Program-made: the position numbers and the translations under genes | NCBI GenBank assembly: GCA_036172245.1 | Contig: JAYWIR010000026.1 | Span: forward strand, 1,798,001-1,862,000 | Direction of reading: 5' to 3' | From: Raillietiella orientalis | Taxonomy: Eukaryota | DNA: 64,000 nucleotides | The notes under the pieces: generated by a model | Database searches by the model: none | Seen by the model: only the letters and a program-made list of their open reading frames with translations | What the model was told of the DNA's origin: nothing | In this document: piece after piece, positions 22,851 through 38,200 of the stretch | Numbering within the stretch: position 1 is the stretch's first letter | Layout: the number at the start of each line of letters is the position of its first letter

Positions 22851-25800
22851 TGGGAAGAACAAGGGCGCACGGGTGTCACGCGTGGTTGCCACGAGAGCTT
22901 CTAGGTAAGACGGACAGCAGCTTGAAGACCTGAGGAACAAGTCATCCGGTAGAATGCCGAGGCAAGGAGGCAGCCTCAGTAAATGGAAGCGTGAAAGAAA
23001 CTTCCCAAGGGCGAAGTTCCAGCTGAACACACGAAGACAATGAGGAAGTGCAAGAGTGGTCTCGACACGCTCCACGTGTGTCTGGTTGGCGAGCTGAAAG
23101 GAGCGGCTACCGCTTCGCAGCACTCCTCTCTGCTCCGGATGTCCCGTTAGCTCGACACGCACCCCTCCTTCGGCGTTCCCGGTCCGGAAGCACGATCACC
23201 CACCACGCACACGGTGGCGGCCTTCGCAGCACTGCCCGCGCCTCCGCGGGCGCGGGAAGCACCGCGTCGCTATCCCAGCAGCGCGGTTTCGTTCAGTGCC
23301 GAAAAGCTGCACGCCCCCTGCGTGGCTCCCCGTCGCCAATCGCAACGCAGTCCTTTCAAGCAGTCGGACTTTCCCACGTCCCGACTCCAAGGAACGTGGG
23401 ACCTGACCTCCGAACCGAATTCCGCCCTTCCCACTCTGCCTTGCCGACTGGGCTCCCACGAGCAAGCTCCCGATCCGAGACGAGGGTGCGAGGGTCAGTC
23501 ACGACAGCAGCTCCCCCCTGACCCGGATGTCCGGTGCAGACGCTAGGGCCCACCTCCCCCTGCGTCCGAATGCGAACCGCAGCCCACGCAACGGACACGT
23601 ACGCCAGCAGCGTCGCCACGGAGCGTCCGCTGAAGACTTCGGGTTTATTAGATTCTTCAAACATGGCGTACATAGTAAAATTCTGCAAATGTATAATCTC
23701 AAATATAACTATCATAGTTTCACTACAATAAAATAATAAAAAATAAATATCTAAGTTACATACAATCAAATTTTGGCACAAACATACTTGGTTGGAGCTG
23801 GACTCGGGACACGATGGAATTCGTGTCTCACTGCACCGCTGAACGAACTTACAGGCCCCAAACGTTCACAGGAGCGAAAGATAGGATTTCATTTTGGGGA
23901 GGGAAGGGCTCTGCTGTCCTTCTGCTGGGAAAGCGTGGGGTTCCTAGGGGTACGTTCGCTTTGGTAGATAAAAGCACCTTCTGAGTGACTGTCCCATTTT
24001 GTGGACTTTGTTGGAGGAGCACACATGCGTACACGTACATGTACATGCTGCAACCCTACCATCTCACGTGTGCTTGTAGGGTACACGGGAGAGACAGGTA
24101 GCGTCTTCCATTCGTCTAGATCTGAACGGTCACCTGAAAGCAGAGAGCGCACATCAGCCGAATGCCGCCGACTGAATGCTCAATCGACACAGAGTCATAT
24201 CGCGGTTTTCTCCTTGGGGAACACGTGAGAAAGCAACGCATTACGTGATGCAACCCCGTCCGAGTCCCTTGTCCTGTGCGTGCCATCCAGGAGCACCCAC
24301 CCACCCAAGGGTTTCTGCCGCTGAGCTACCCTCCCCCCCTGCTCCAGTGGTCACAGATTGCCCAGCACGCGCCACCTGCTGCGCTCGGAAGCCTCACGAA
24401 GATACGCGAAAGAGGGCAAAGAAGCGCGCGCGCGCAGCCGCCACTGAAGAAACGAGGGTGAGCGACATCAAAGATGCGCAACGACCCAGTAAGGAGGCCT
24501 GCGCATGGGCAAACAAATGCGCGTTTCCCGTGCCATTGTGATTCGCCTCGCACCACGAACGGTTTCCTCCAACGCGACTGGTCGTGCGTCAGTCTCCTGG
24601 GAATTGGGGCCTCAGAATCCCTCGGCACGAGGCCGCTCCCCTCCGTTTCTGCCCGTCTCACTGTCGCAAGAAAACGCAAAATCACACACACACACACGCG
24701 AGACAAACCGCGGTGGCCATGGAACGTCACCCGAGCCAGCCGCGCGGACCAATGCGGTGGCGCTGACCGGTAAGCGTCGACACGGGGGGTGAAGCTACCG
24801 GTTGTCCCCCCCCCCCCTTTACGAAGGATTCCCTGGGATCTCTCCACCCTTCCCTTTGACTTCAGTGAACGGAAACGCCAAAAAGTGGTGGTGGAGAGAC
24901 TACCGGCTGTTTACACAACACGTCAGCGGGAAGCGACCGCGGCTGACCACCGGGTTGGGTGCAGACCGGCAGAAGGAATGCTGTGTTGATTTCAGTCCAA
25001 ACGGAACGGAACCCACGATTCCTGCCTCGCAAAGTGGGGTGCAGCGCGACAAGGCCACGCATGGAGAGGGGCGACAGTCGAGCAGGAAACGGGCGGGTTG
25101 ACGGGAAAGTTTAGCGCTGCGCAGCCGGCGACTGGTTGCTTCGGCTCGCGTGGGTGCACGAAGAGTAGGGAGAGAGGCGGGCGCACTTGCCAACGAGAGC
25201 GAGGTTGCGAGTTACGCAAGAAAGAGAGAGGCTTTTCGGAGAAGCAGTAACGCAAATTCCCTGGGGTGCTCCTTCAAGGAGGCCTCGGGCAAGTGTTCCT
25301 CACGAGAAATGCACGAAAGCTGCCTACAACGAACGCCAAATATGTACGCCACCGTTCCCACTTCGGAAGCCGCTGGAAAATTCGTGTTTCGGCCACGATC
25401 AACCGACTCGGCGGGCGATCGTGCTTTGGGCGATGGGAAGCCTTCATGTCCAATGAGGAAACGTTCAGTCGGGTGGAAACGTCAAGGATGCGCGATCCGT
25501 TTCCTAGCTTGGGACGCTGGCAGATGCGGAATCCCAGAGTTCACTTTTACTAGGCTTGCGAATCCGATCCTTCTCCGGCTGTACGTTTTCGCTTGGCCTT
25601 GCAGTGACACCGCCAGTTGCACGCAGTTTGCACGACTCAACTTTGACAGAATCGGTACAGACATACGAAGCCGAGGAAGTCGCGACACATTCGCAGAGCG
25701 GTGGCACGGCCGGATCCACCACGGAACTCCGGTGGAATCATTCGATCGCCGTATCCCGTTTTACGGGATACGGAGTCGGGTGAAACTCCAAAGGGAACTC

Positions 25801-26216
25801 CCCTAAACCCCGACGGCAGTTTTTCCTTCGGGGGAACGGCGGGAATGCAGGCCAAGAAGCACGCGGAACTGCGAAACGGCGACATCCGGACCCTATCGAG
25901 CACGGAAGTGTTTTCCCTTCGCGTGACCTGTGGTCGGCACCACGTCCAGGCGCATTAGGCGGTACGGACGCGGGCCGGAACCCACAACCCAGGCTCCGCA
26001 CCATGGTTACCACGAGGATGCTGCAAACACGTGTACCAATGCGCGCTTGGCGTCGGGGAAGAAACTCACGCGAGCAACGAGGCGAATCTGCAAGGGGCAA
26101 AGGGGCTGCGGTGCAAATGTCGCATGTGACTGCAACGGCGAAAGTCCGCGTGACTGGCATCAGTATCTAGCATTCCCGATGGGCAAAAGCGTCCCGGACC
26201 TCGCAGCTTCTCATAC

Positions 26217-29200
26217 CTGTTTTGCCAATTCGCTTCTTTTCCTGAAAAGTTGTGGCAATTTACGGCCGGCCAGACTGCCCTGTTGAACCAACTGACATTT
26301 TATTTTTTGAAAGGAAACATCCAGAATTTTCGTGGTCACGCTACTGCTGGAGTCTTCGTCAACTAGCGACTGGAAAAGAAAAAAATAAATAAATAAATAA
26401 AATCTGTTAGTGCCACATGTTAGTGCGAGAGGCTTTCCAAAAGATCCTTTTTCCCCCTTTTCGGATGGAAGTTACCTGAAAAGAACATTCATCGATCGGC
26501 AAGCTATCTTTTTCCAGGGAGTCATCCACAAGGGAGGTATCGGTGCTGGCTCCAGCTTCCGAGCTTGGCGTCCCTGCATCCGCACATCGAAATCTGTTCA
26601 AGACCGTGCTGTCCAATTTGATTTTCTTAAAACATCTATCGAGTAGTCCGACATAATCCTGAGCTTACTTTTTCTTGCAGGTATTCGAAGATTATCTTCA
26701 AGTGGTTGTCCTTTTCGTTGCATTGCTGAATCAAAAACGTTTCCCTTTCCGAATACTGCTGCTCACGCTTCTCGAACCCTTTGATCAGCTCCATTATCTG
26801 TTTATGATCTCTAATGAGTTTCTCGTAATCGCTTTTCTACATGAAAACACACGAAAAAAAAACACATCAGAAACCGCGCACCCCATAGAGGTGCGCCCGC
26901 ACACACGGGTGCACACAGCATATTTCACACACGTAAAGAAATACGCGAACATTCCCGAAATCATTACCCGCACGGCAAAATCTTGGAAGGCATTTTATAC
27001 GCTGGGCATGGATCGCATTTCGTACACGAGTTGCTCCTCCATCACCTGGCAACGACTCCGATCATCGTAACGCAAATTTTCACAGCGGAACCCGTGCATC
27101 CAGCAGATCTTTGGGGTGTTCGGGGAAAAAACACGGTCATACTCGACGAAGTGTTAGGTGTGCACTTAACCGCCTACCGAGTCTGTAAACAGTGTTTTGT
27201 GATAGTCCACTGAGCTTCGAGATGATCTCAAGGGTGGCAGCCATCCACTTCGTTTACACAGAAGTGCTGAAGGCAAGCTACAGCATACAAGACCGATTAA
27301 GGCATCGAATTGCACCCGGGCTCGTGAAAGCCAAACCCTAAACTCCTTAACGGCACGAATCGTCTCATCAATTCTTTACGATTTACATCTTCTTTGGCAT
27401 CTTCGGCACGAAAATTCCAAAGTTTTTGCACCGAGAGACCGAGGGGATCGGTGCAACTCCCACTTCAATTCCCCGGGCGTGAGTTTCATGGGATTCGCGC
27501 TGGTTGAACTTGGTCCACGTACTACCACCCACAAGCGAAGTGCCTTGGGATGAATAGCAAGATGAATAGCTACGTGCGCTTTTTCTTCAAGACCCTCCAA
27601 AAGACAGCTGTCCCCTTCATAATCTCTTGAATGGGCTGGCCGCGTCAACAGCTGAATCCTTCTATGCTCTAAATCATTTCAGCAGCTTCCTATCCTTCAC
27701 TTTTTTTTTTCCTTCTCCACGGGGAGTGACCAGCAACTTTCCAAACCATGACGAATGATGGGCACTTTGACATGCAATGGTTATCACAGTTTAAACATCG
27801 TCAAGGATGCAGACGAATCTGCGGCATTTAACAGCTGCGATTCCTTGTATAGGAAAAAAAAAAAAAAAAAACACCATTCTGATTCAGATTCTCATTTCCG
27901 ACTGGACTTCAATTCAAATCCTCCATTGGTCAAATACGAGAATACACGCTGCTTTGCATTACTAAATCGATTTAAACGGAAATTGGGCTCCGATGCCCAA
28001 AATCCCTCGAGTGCAAGACGTTACGATCAAAGTCCAAGAAACGCAGGCTCCAACCCCCCCCCCCACGGAGTGGACAGAGTTCAAATGCTGTCTTTCGACT
28101 TTCATAAAACATGATGACAGCTTCCGTTAAAAGATCCACTTTTGGAAGCCCTGTTACGATGCAACGCGAGTTGCGCTTCTTATTTCTGGAATCAGAAGGA
28201 TCTCTTCCGCGTGTCAGCTGATTTTTGTTCCGAAAATGCGAGAAAATGCCTACAAGTCATTCGTGACAACCAACGCAGCTCACGAAGAAATGCAACTCAA
28301 GCTGCTCAGTTTTATCTCCTGATGATCTCGATACGGAAATCGATTTTTTTTTCCCCTAAATTCTAGAGATGCCAGTGTTCTCCTTTTTGGAACTCGACGC
28401 CACTCGGGCAATTTGCCAGTGGCTCACTTCACGTTTTTGGCACGCAGATTCTCAAAACCCCGATGCAACCGCAGCTCGCAAGCACATGCTGTTCCATCAA
28501 CTCACTGGATTCTGGCAAACTCATATTTCGCTTATGCAATCGACTAATAACAACCCCCAAATAATGCACCGATGATAGGAGGCCACTGCTAGTGAATTCA
28601 TCAAAGTCATTCATCCTTAGTGAGTAGCCGTCTTCGGACTGCTATTCACCAAGGCAGAAAAAAGGGTATATACGTGCGTGAAAAGGCGAATGCAAAAAAG
28701 CAAACAGACTAAACCAAACCAACAAAATGGAATGAGCAAGAAACAGAAAGCAATGGATTCTGTTTACATAATCATATTGACGGATAATTTCTGATGTTTA
28801 TCTTTTGTTTTTTGTTTTCATTCTAAAAAAGGCAGGTAGCAGTTGCCGCAAACATACTAAAACAAATGCAGTTTGACCCCCCAAAATGCCTCAACAACTG
28901 CGATGATAATTTGAATAAAATAACCGAAGCTACTGAAAATGCTCAATGCTTTACAACATTAAAGTCTACAGGTTTTCCACGAATGCATTAAAGAAAAAAA
29001 GCACAAATTAATGAATGTGAAAAGGACACAATGCACTAATAATCTGTCCTCTTCTAAAATTGATAATTGACTAAAAATTTAAGCCATTACCAAATGTTTC
29101 AATTCCTGTAATTCTCCATTTATGAATTCCACTTTGTTGCGAACCTAAAAATTGAAAGACCATCAACAGAAACTTTTAAAACGAATCACCTGTTTATCAT

Positions 29201-32200
29201 ATAAAGAAATTATATTTAGAATTTGAGTTGGGGGGGGAAAAAAAAAAAAAAAAAGGCTAAATACCTCCTTTAGCTGCATCTCTAGATTCTCGGAATTTTT
29301 GTCTGATACCGATTCCTTGAGAAAGTCGCAAAATTCATCATCATGTAGCTCTAGAGATGGAGAAGTAATAGCTGATGACAAATTTAAGAAACTTTCAGAT
29401 GAACCACCGGTGTTAGAGATTTCATCTTTACTTTTATCTCTTGCTTTATCTGCCTGAATTATATCAATTATAAATACAACCGAAAAAATGGTAAAACACA
29501 AAAGAAAACCATTTAACTTTGCACTACCAATCAATTAAATGTTTGGAATTCTGTTACATGCTTCATGAACCCCATGGAAAAAGGTTTCAATGGGGCAAGA
29601 ATACAAATTTCAATTCATGCAAGGCAATTAATGCAAAGAAGACTTACCTCAATTGACTGTCTTATAATCTTTGCAACTTCACTATTTTGATTATCATGTT
29701 CTCTACCGATTAGAAAATGAACAACACCTGAAGTATTTCTCAGGACAGAAGCTGCATATGCTTGGGTTACTCCTACCAATGATTTCCCATCGACTTCAAG
29801 TATCTGATCATTCACCTGATCATACAGATCATAAGGCTTAATTTTATTCACATGAATAAAAGTGATGGAAACCTAATGCTATCACAATCTCATCGTTATT
29901 ACTAACATAACTGATTAGCTCCATTATGAAAGCATTAGACTTCGATTCCAATCAGAAACTTTAACCAAAAATTTTTCATTACTCTTTATATTTGGAAAAA
30001 TTATGAAATGCTACTCACTTGAATTCGACCATCTTTATAAGCTGCTCCATGTGAGGTAATACTTTTGACAAAAATACCCAGTTTTTCTAACCCAGCATCA
30101 GCACCAACTCCCATTCCAATAATACTTAATCCAAGACCATCACTGCCTATTACAAATATTAATTTTTGCAAACATTAAACAAAATTTTGGGACAAATATA
30201 TACGATTGATGCAGTAATTGAAAAATAGTTTTCTTTTCTCGAAACAAATGCTGTAAAAAGCAATGCTCTTGTTAGAACAAATTGTTCATGTTATTCTTAT
30301 TACTTTTACACATTTTATGAAAGGTTCTAATTTCAAAGTTTCCACCTAAGAGTTCGTATCAGATTACTGGAACAACTGTCCCAGTTGCATGATGAAAAAG
30401 TCAAGTCGGTAAACTTTATCAAGGTTTCTTAGGCCTTTCAAACTTCAAATGATTGCCCCAAACTAATTATGCAGTCAATTTATTAAGAGGCTCCTGATAA
30501 ATCAAAATAAACTATTGAACATCAATCAGGAAAATCTATCTCATGGAATTAAGTACAAGTACTGATTTACCTTTCATGAATGAAACTGAAAAAGTCTCCA
30601 TTCTCTCAATTCGCTTCTCAAGTTCATATTCTGCTGAAGCTGATACAGGATCAATTTCTTTGTTTTTCCGATCATATTCAAAAATAGAATAGGTGCTGAA
30701 AACCTGAATAAGCAATTTATCAAGCAACAAGAAATCAGATATCTATCTACATAGAATAAATAATAACTATGTATCATATCAGAGACTTATTAATATCAAA
30801 TAAAATAAGAAACAATTTCTTTTTCTTTTTTTACAATCGAGGGCACATATGATAAATATTGAACCCAGGTTACCTAAGAATTTGCTAACCTCTACTGCTA
30901 TGAAAGACTCTTTATAACAATTTTACATTAAATTTCACCGTATGTTTCGAATAATCATTCATTTATTTTCCTGTAGTTATTTGCACAGATTTCACTTCCA
31001 ATTTGGTACTAATTTCCTGGTTCTAATCTACTACAGTGATTAAAAAAATTTAGGTAAATAAAATTAAAATTATCATTCCAAAAACCTCATTTGATGTTAT
31101 TTGCTGTAACGACTGATTTGGAAATGACAATTTTGAAGAAAAAAGAACACGTACATTTCTTTTTCCAATCTACATTCACAGTACAAGTCACTCCTTTCAG
31201 GATAAGATTTGTCTTCAGCATCCTATTGATAAACCAACATACTGGAAAATTCATTTTTTTTTTCCTATTCTAATTAAAAGGCTCCCATTGTTGCATTCTG
31301 ATTAAAGGCTTTCACTTCTAACAAATAGCAAAACTTCAATTGTATTCTACAAGAAATTTTTGATTGGTTTCAGTTTAATTCAGCTTCCAAAGCCAACAGG
31401 CTATTTCAACAGAACACTTGCTATCCATATTAGTGATATGGATTAACACTTGAATTTAAGGTAGCATTCCAAATAAAATATCTTCCGAACGTTCTACAAA
31501 CGTTCCACCTGTCTCTCACAAACAAAAGATGATTAAAAAAAAAAATCACCATAAATACATTCACACCTTGCAGCCAGAGCCATACTTTGTATGAACCTAG
31601 TTAAAAACCTCAAAAGCACAACATGTTCATTATTTTTGATTACTAAAATGGCGGATTGTAGGAGGTGGATGTAGAACATAATTGGTCAAATCAAACAAAG
31701 CTACATGCATGCAATTCTAAATTACTTCTTTCATATGCATGCTTAATACTTTAACATTAATGTTTTGTTATGAGATGTTTCAGAGTTCATATAATGCATG
31801 CTGCAAAAATTTCAATTCTAGAGTCATGAACTTATTCAGTTTTATTCAACTAATAAGGGAGACCTATTATTTGGGAATAATAGGAATCAATTACCAGCGC
31901 CAATTAAGTATTTCCCAGCGATTTGTTGGAAGTGGATACACCTTGAGAGCTGATTATCATTAGGGATTTTATTTGGCATTATTACATGAGTGGAGCTGAT
32001 TTTTCAAGTGCACCCAATGGTCAACTGAATTTGATAAACGCAAATACAGTAATTCAATTTACTCTTAATTTGAGCTGGGGTTCCATAACCAAATAGAAAT
32101 AATAATCTATTAATCAACGATCATTTTATTTGGAATCAAATGTATTCTTTAGATTTCGTGGAAACTGATCCATTCTACCAAAATTCAATAGAGTCCCTGT

Positions 32201-35200
32201 ACTAAAAGGAAATTATTTGTACCTTTGTACATCATGAATATTGTTACATAAAAGCATCCTTCTGCTGCATTTGATATTTCCATAAACCTTCTCAAGAACT
32301 TCGTCTAAATTAAACACATCTAATTCAGAAATGAAATCCATATACCATGTGAACTATAATCGACTATGTTTAATTTGTCAACTACAAAAATGAAGCGAAC
32401 ACATCATGTCATATTCATATCAGTAGCATTATGCATGTTTGCAGCATGCAATCTTCTACTTAAACAAACATTGTTCAATTGGTTTTCCTTAAACTCTTGT
32501 AAAGAGTCAAAACTTTACAAATTAACCATCAATTAACAAACATCAATATTCTTTTTAGTCTAATTTTCATTAAACTTCTCAATTTAATGCATTCATTTAT
32601 AGTGATTGCTGCAAACGACACTGCAAAGGCACAAAGCTTATTGTCAATGCAAATACATTATCCTTATGTCTTGATATTAAAAGAATATTGACACTCAAAA
32701 GATTGATCATTTAAGGAAAAGTATATTTTTAACAAATGGAATTCTAGAGCTTAAAATGTATTAATATGAAAACAGATTTATGACAACCTTTTGTTTGTTT
32801 TTAAACACATGCGTAAAATTAGTAAAACATGTGGTCTATTTTGTTGAGGGAAACATGCAAATGGATAAAAATTTTGTCATTTATAACATTTGAGTTAGCA
32901 TTCAGTAAAACTTAAAAAGTTTCCCATAACTTAATAGAAACAGTACTATTGAAGATTATTTTGACGTTATACAAAAAGGAACAATTCTAAGTAATCTTAC
33001 AAAAGTGAATCACAAGCACAAGGTAAAAAATGTGTCAAAGGGTGCTCAGATATGTTGTACCTACTTTTTTCATACAGAATTTTTCTTAATCAAACTCATA
33101 TAATATACCTTTATTGGGTCTTTACTGAATTTCACTTTTGATTTTGGTTTTGCCTGAATGTAATTTGGCACATCATCTTCATCAGACTCTGGAATTCCAG
33201 CAATTTCTAACCATTCAGAAATGTCACATGAGTTCGTTTTACTTTCTATATCTGGTAAAATCTGAGGTACAAATCAGGATCATTAGAAGTTTAAATGTGC
33301 AAAACTTCACAACACACCTCATAATCATCTTCACAAGATAAAGAGCTATGTGTTTCTTCAGTTTCTTCAAACATAAATTTTGTCGATGGTAAAAATTCAT
33401 TACTACCATCTGATCCTGGATCAATTTTGTTCATAGGGAAAAAATTTATTTTCATTACATTCTCCTTCCTATGAGGGCATTGTTAGTGGAAGAATGCAAA
33501 CATTAAAAAATGAAAACTCTTACTTTATATACAAATATGAAAATTTTTTATGTCTATACTACTTTGAATTTCCTAACAGTATAATTAGATTATAGTAGAT
33601 TAAGCTTCTAAGGAACTAGGAAAGTCTATAAAAAATTAAATCTGACAAACATGAAATAATTTTGAATGATTAGTGAGTTATGAACAAAAATTAAATATGA
33701 ATGCGTGCTTTAAATAACACACTCTCACTCAATAATACAACAAACCAGCAAAAAAAAAAACAATGAAACATTCTTCAGACTGAAGAAAAAATACACACAC
33801 ACATCTTAATACTCTGACTGTATAAAAACATGACAATATTTTTTCTGTACAATAGTTAGAAGTAATGTGTTAGCAACACTAATTTGATTTCGTCAAGTTG
33901 GCAACTGTTTCCAGAATTAATAGCATATCATAGTAGTAGCCTACCTTTCTGCACTGTCAACTGCATCTTCAGATGTTGGGATATCATTATCCACATTACA
34001 GGCTGAAGGAAGAGCACTTTCTGTAATATCATCATCACTGTCAACAAGAGTTTCAAGCAAACCCAAAGGAGCACAATCCAGATCAAATGAATGTACCTGC
34101 TAATGAATTATTCATTAGTCACTGTAAATTCATTACTTTATTAAAGTACAATAAGATGTCAACATTTGTTAGCAGCGATATTCCGAAAGATCTAACATCC
34201 GGAATTTTTCTGATGAAAGGGATAACTATGTAAGAATTTACGAACACTGCTGTGTAGAAAGTGTCCATGCAGAACAGATATGTAAAAAATATGGAAAAAT
34301 AAAATAACAAATTTTCGATATTTTTCTTAAATCATGAATAAGCAAAAAGCATATGCAACATTGTTTTTCGACATTATTAGTTACTAGGCTGATCAAAACG
34401 ATTACCATTGCACATTCACCAAAACAAATATTTTCTCAATGAACTGCTCATTGCTTTTTTGCCCAATTATAAAAATTGAATTACCTATTAATAAATGCAC
34501 CACAATTAATTAATTATCAAGCAATGATCTAAAAATGGATTTTAACCTTCTACAACCTAGAATCAAATAATATCACAGAACAGGATCCAAAAAATTACAT
34601 TAAATGATTTAATTATTTGAACTTTTATTCGAGGTCGTGAACCAAATCATTCATTTTCCATGGCCTTAAACTTGTCTCAAGGAATAGACTGTGTAAATCT
34701 ACTTTCTTTGCTCCACTCATTCCAGGAAAGCTTATAATTTATATCTTTCACACACCATGGTTTCATCTTCCTCTTAATTTTGAAAGCATGTCTTTTTCAT
34801 GAAGCTTTTCTCTATTTATTTTACCTCTTACTATCTGTAAGCTTACTAACTGTAGGTACTGTTTGTACAGTCTGGATTTTTTGCATATGTATCTATGTAT
34901 ACAAAATGCTGCTACGTCTTTTGTGTTTAAAAGTTGCATAAATTAATTTACCAAGCAATGATAAACAGTACTGCATGCATGATGAACTGTTGAAACAATA
35001 TGAATAAATAGGACCTCCGGAAGATTTATTTCAGCATTTCCCATCTTACATTATTTAGTTATACATTTACAACATCCAAATGAGAACATGCAACTGAAAA
35101 ATAGGAAAAATAGCGAAACAGTACCTTTGAGTGATTTTCTTCACCACTTTTTACAGTATCATCGTATTCTTTTATGGACAACTCTTCTCTGGGGATAATT

Positions 35201-38200
35201 TTTTTATCTAGAAAAACAGATTTATACTTTTGTATCTCATGCAGCATGGACTGATGCTAATTTTGTATGGTATTGCAATATCTCATCTCTTGGAAATCAA
35301 ATGAGAAAGTTTACTCAATAAATACAATTAAGGAAAACAATCTGAGATGCATTTGCAAATTTTTAGGGCAAAATGAGTAAAATAAGGGTAAGTGTGCTTT
35401 ATACCTGATGCCAACTTTCACTATATGCCCATTAACATCAGCAGTGAAAAAACACTCCTGACAAAAGTTGTACTGTCTTATGGGATTCATTGCCACTAAT
35501 TTCAAGTTCATATTGAGCATCTGTACTGTAGAATTAAAAAAAAAACCTGAGACTTGAATTTACATATGCATGCACTGATGCAATGTGAGGGTTTTTTAAT
35601 ACTTTTAATCCTTAACATAAAGTACTGATTCCAACAAACAGAATCATTGACAATGCAAAATGTAAATACTAAAATACCATGATAAATCAAAGTTATAATA
35701 ACCGCATTGTATCATAAGATCACTGAGGTTATAGTATAGTATAGGTTAGTATTACAGAATTTATGCCTTTGTTTCCCATGAACTCTTATTCTTTTACACA
35801 TGCACAATACATCATTTACTATTCTGTATACATACCTTCATGACTTGAAGCTTCATTTGACTCAGCAAACTCTAAAGTACTGTTATCTGAATACGCATCA
35901 GACAAAAAATTTTTCTTCAAATATGAAGGAATATTTAATGTATAGGAATGATCTTCAACAAACTGAGTTGCAGCATCTTCTTCTATTGTATATGATGGAA
36001 CCGATGGTAAATAAATGCTTTCTTCCAGAAAAAATGAAGAACTTGGTATTTTGTTTTCTGAAAAATTAAAAGCAGGGATAATATCAACAATTTACTACCA
36101 TACAATAATCACATTAATTCAATACAATTCCTACAAACTGGAAACCCACAAAGAATTTAGAAATGATATACACAACTGCAATCAAATGTTTTCATACATA
36201 GTTATGCTTCATAATGAGTACTTTGAAGGTACTGTTATTTATAAAAATGGGAAAATATACATAACAACAGATATACGTAATATTTACAACAAAAACATAA
36301 TACTGAATTGATGGTTACAGTTCCTACAAAATGATTGCCCCATTTTCACAATTTTAGCATTTTCAGAACACGTACTTTTTATTTTCAATATGCCTGATTG
36401 TTGTTCCATTAAAGTATAAATTCTTTAAAATAACATCACAAACAAAATCATTAGAAAACTATACATAATAATTTCTCACCACATAACAAAGAATCAGCTC
36501 GATGCACACCTTCATTATTTTCCTGAAAGCATAATGGGGAACTCTGAATTTCACTGTTTACATTATCAAGAGGCATAGGAAGCTCAAAATTCGCAGAAGC
36601 TTCTAAGCTAGGTATTTTGCTGAGTTCAACCACTGAGGAAGTAAGATTATTTACACTTAAGTCTTCATTAATAAGCTTTGTTTCTTTTGCTGCAAGACCA
36701 TCGATTTCAGAGTAATTGTTTTCCTCTTCAGGAACCATTCTTTCGGGAATGGAGCTTTCTGAAAAGAACCAACAATTATAAATAGTCTTTAACATGGGTA
36801 AAGTACTTAAATAAAAGAAAGAGAAAAACCTGATTGCAAAACAGATAGTTTTTCTGAGTTTGTCTTCATTTCATCTGCCTCACGTAAACAGATATTTTGC
36901 ATTCCCACAGAGGAATTGAAAGTTTGCTTCATATTAATTTCTGATGAAAAATGTACTAGATGGTCCAGATCATGTTCTACATCTGAACTGCTACAACAAT
37001 CAGATGCAGAACTTGAAAGCACTACAAAAACAAATGCACTACTTTTACAAATGGAGATTATTGAACTACACAATGATGTACATTTTCTGGAGGATGCCAT
37101 AATTACCATCCGATTACACTAAATGAAGGAATAAAACAGACTTTACTTTACTTCCAAATAAACATTAAAGCATACAAAATTTATTGAAGCTCTACAACTA
37201 AAGTTTGAATTCTCAAGCACGTCAGTATTCATCTTGAAATGTTTAAACATTCACTTGCCATTTTGCTACATGTAGATATCTTAAAACCAAATACCGATTA
37301 TAACAAATACTTCTGAAAAGTTACAAGAAAGAACGTAAATTGAAGCTTTTACTGATTCGCTGATGTGAACCAAATTTTTAATCTATTTTCGTCTTCATAA
37401 AAATACATACATGTATGCATATAGGCAGAGGCATTACCCTAATTTTGATTACTAACACATCAAAACACCAAAAATCAAAACAATGCAATTAAAAAACTCA
37501 TTCATTAAATTAAATTTCATGGTATTTGTATAAAAGCTGCATTGCTCCAACATTTGAAAACAAACAGAAATGAATGCTTTTGCAAAGAAATCACTTTATA
37601 CAAACTACATTCTATACAACTAAACTTTAAAAAACTTATTGAATCAGTCAAAACAAATTCATTTAACCACATCAGTCATTTAATCACATAGTCTTCCCTT
37701 CCATAAAGTGTACCCAAATAGGTAATTATTTTGAAAATGCACTTTCTTAGCAATGTAGCAATCTCTGAATTGCACTGAGGTTGTGGATAGTTTTTTTTCC
37801 TCAAATATTTTAAAATGCATTTTAATTTGTTATTCCACTCACCAAAATAAATCATAAACACAACAAAGTTTAGAATTGCAAGACTTTTTCATGAGGACCC
37901 ACACATATCTACAGAACTTTTTTATGAATGCTATTTGACTGAAACTTTAATTTCAATCCTCCATGTCCTAAGTCTTTAATCTACATTAACATTCTAAACC
38001 AATTTATTATGCACCTTTCCATCAGCATCTATTTCTGAGATATTCATAAAAGTTAGGAAAACAGAAACTTGTAATGATCACATATAATGCTGGTATGCAG
38101 CAGCTGTGATTCCAATGATACAAGATGTGATGCTTTCTTCTCTACAGATGCCACCATCAACACTATAACACATTCAAAAACTTTCCGTCAAATGAATTGA

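Noticed and set aside
28315..28345. CTGATGA...GAAA hammerhead-ribozyme-like core
   Set aside because: No convincing stems I-III around the core.
37022..37118. Upstream extension of the 36807-37109 ORF as neurabin exon sequence
   Set aside because: Its phase is incompatible with the preceding exon; the acceptor at 37022-37023 (tttttgtag) fits.
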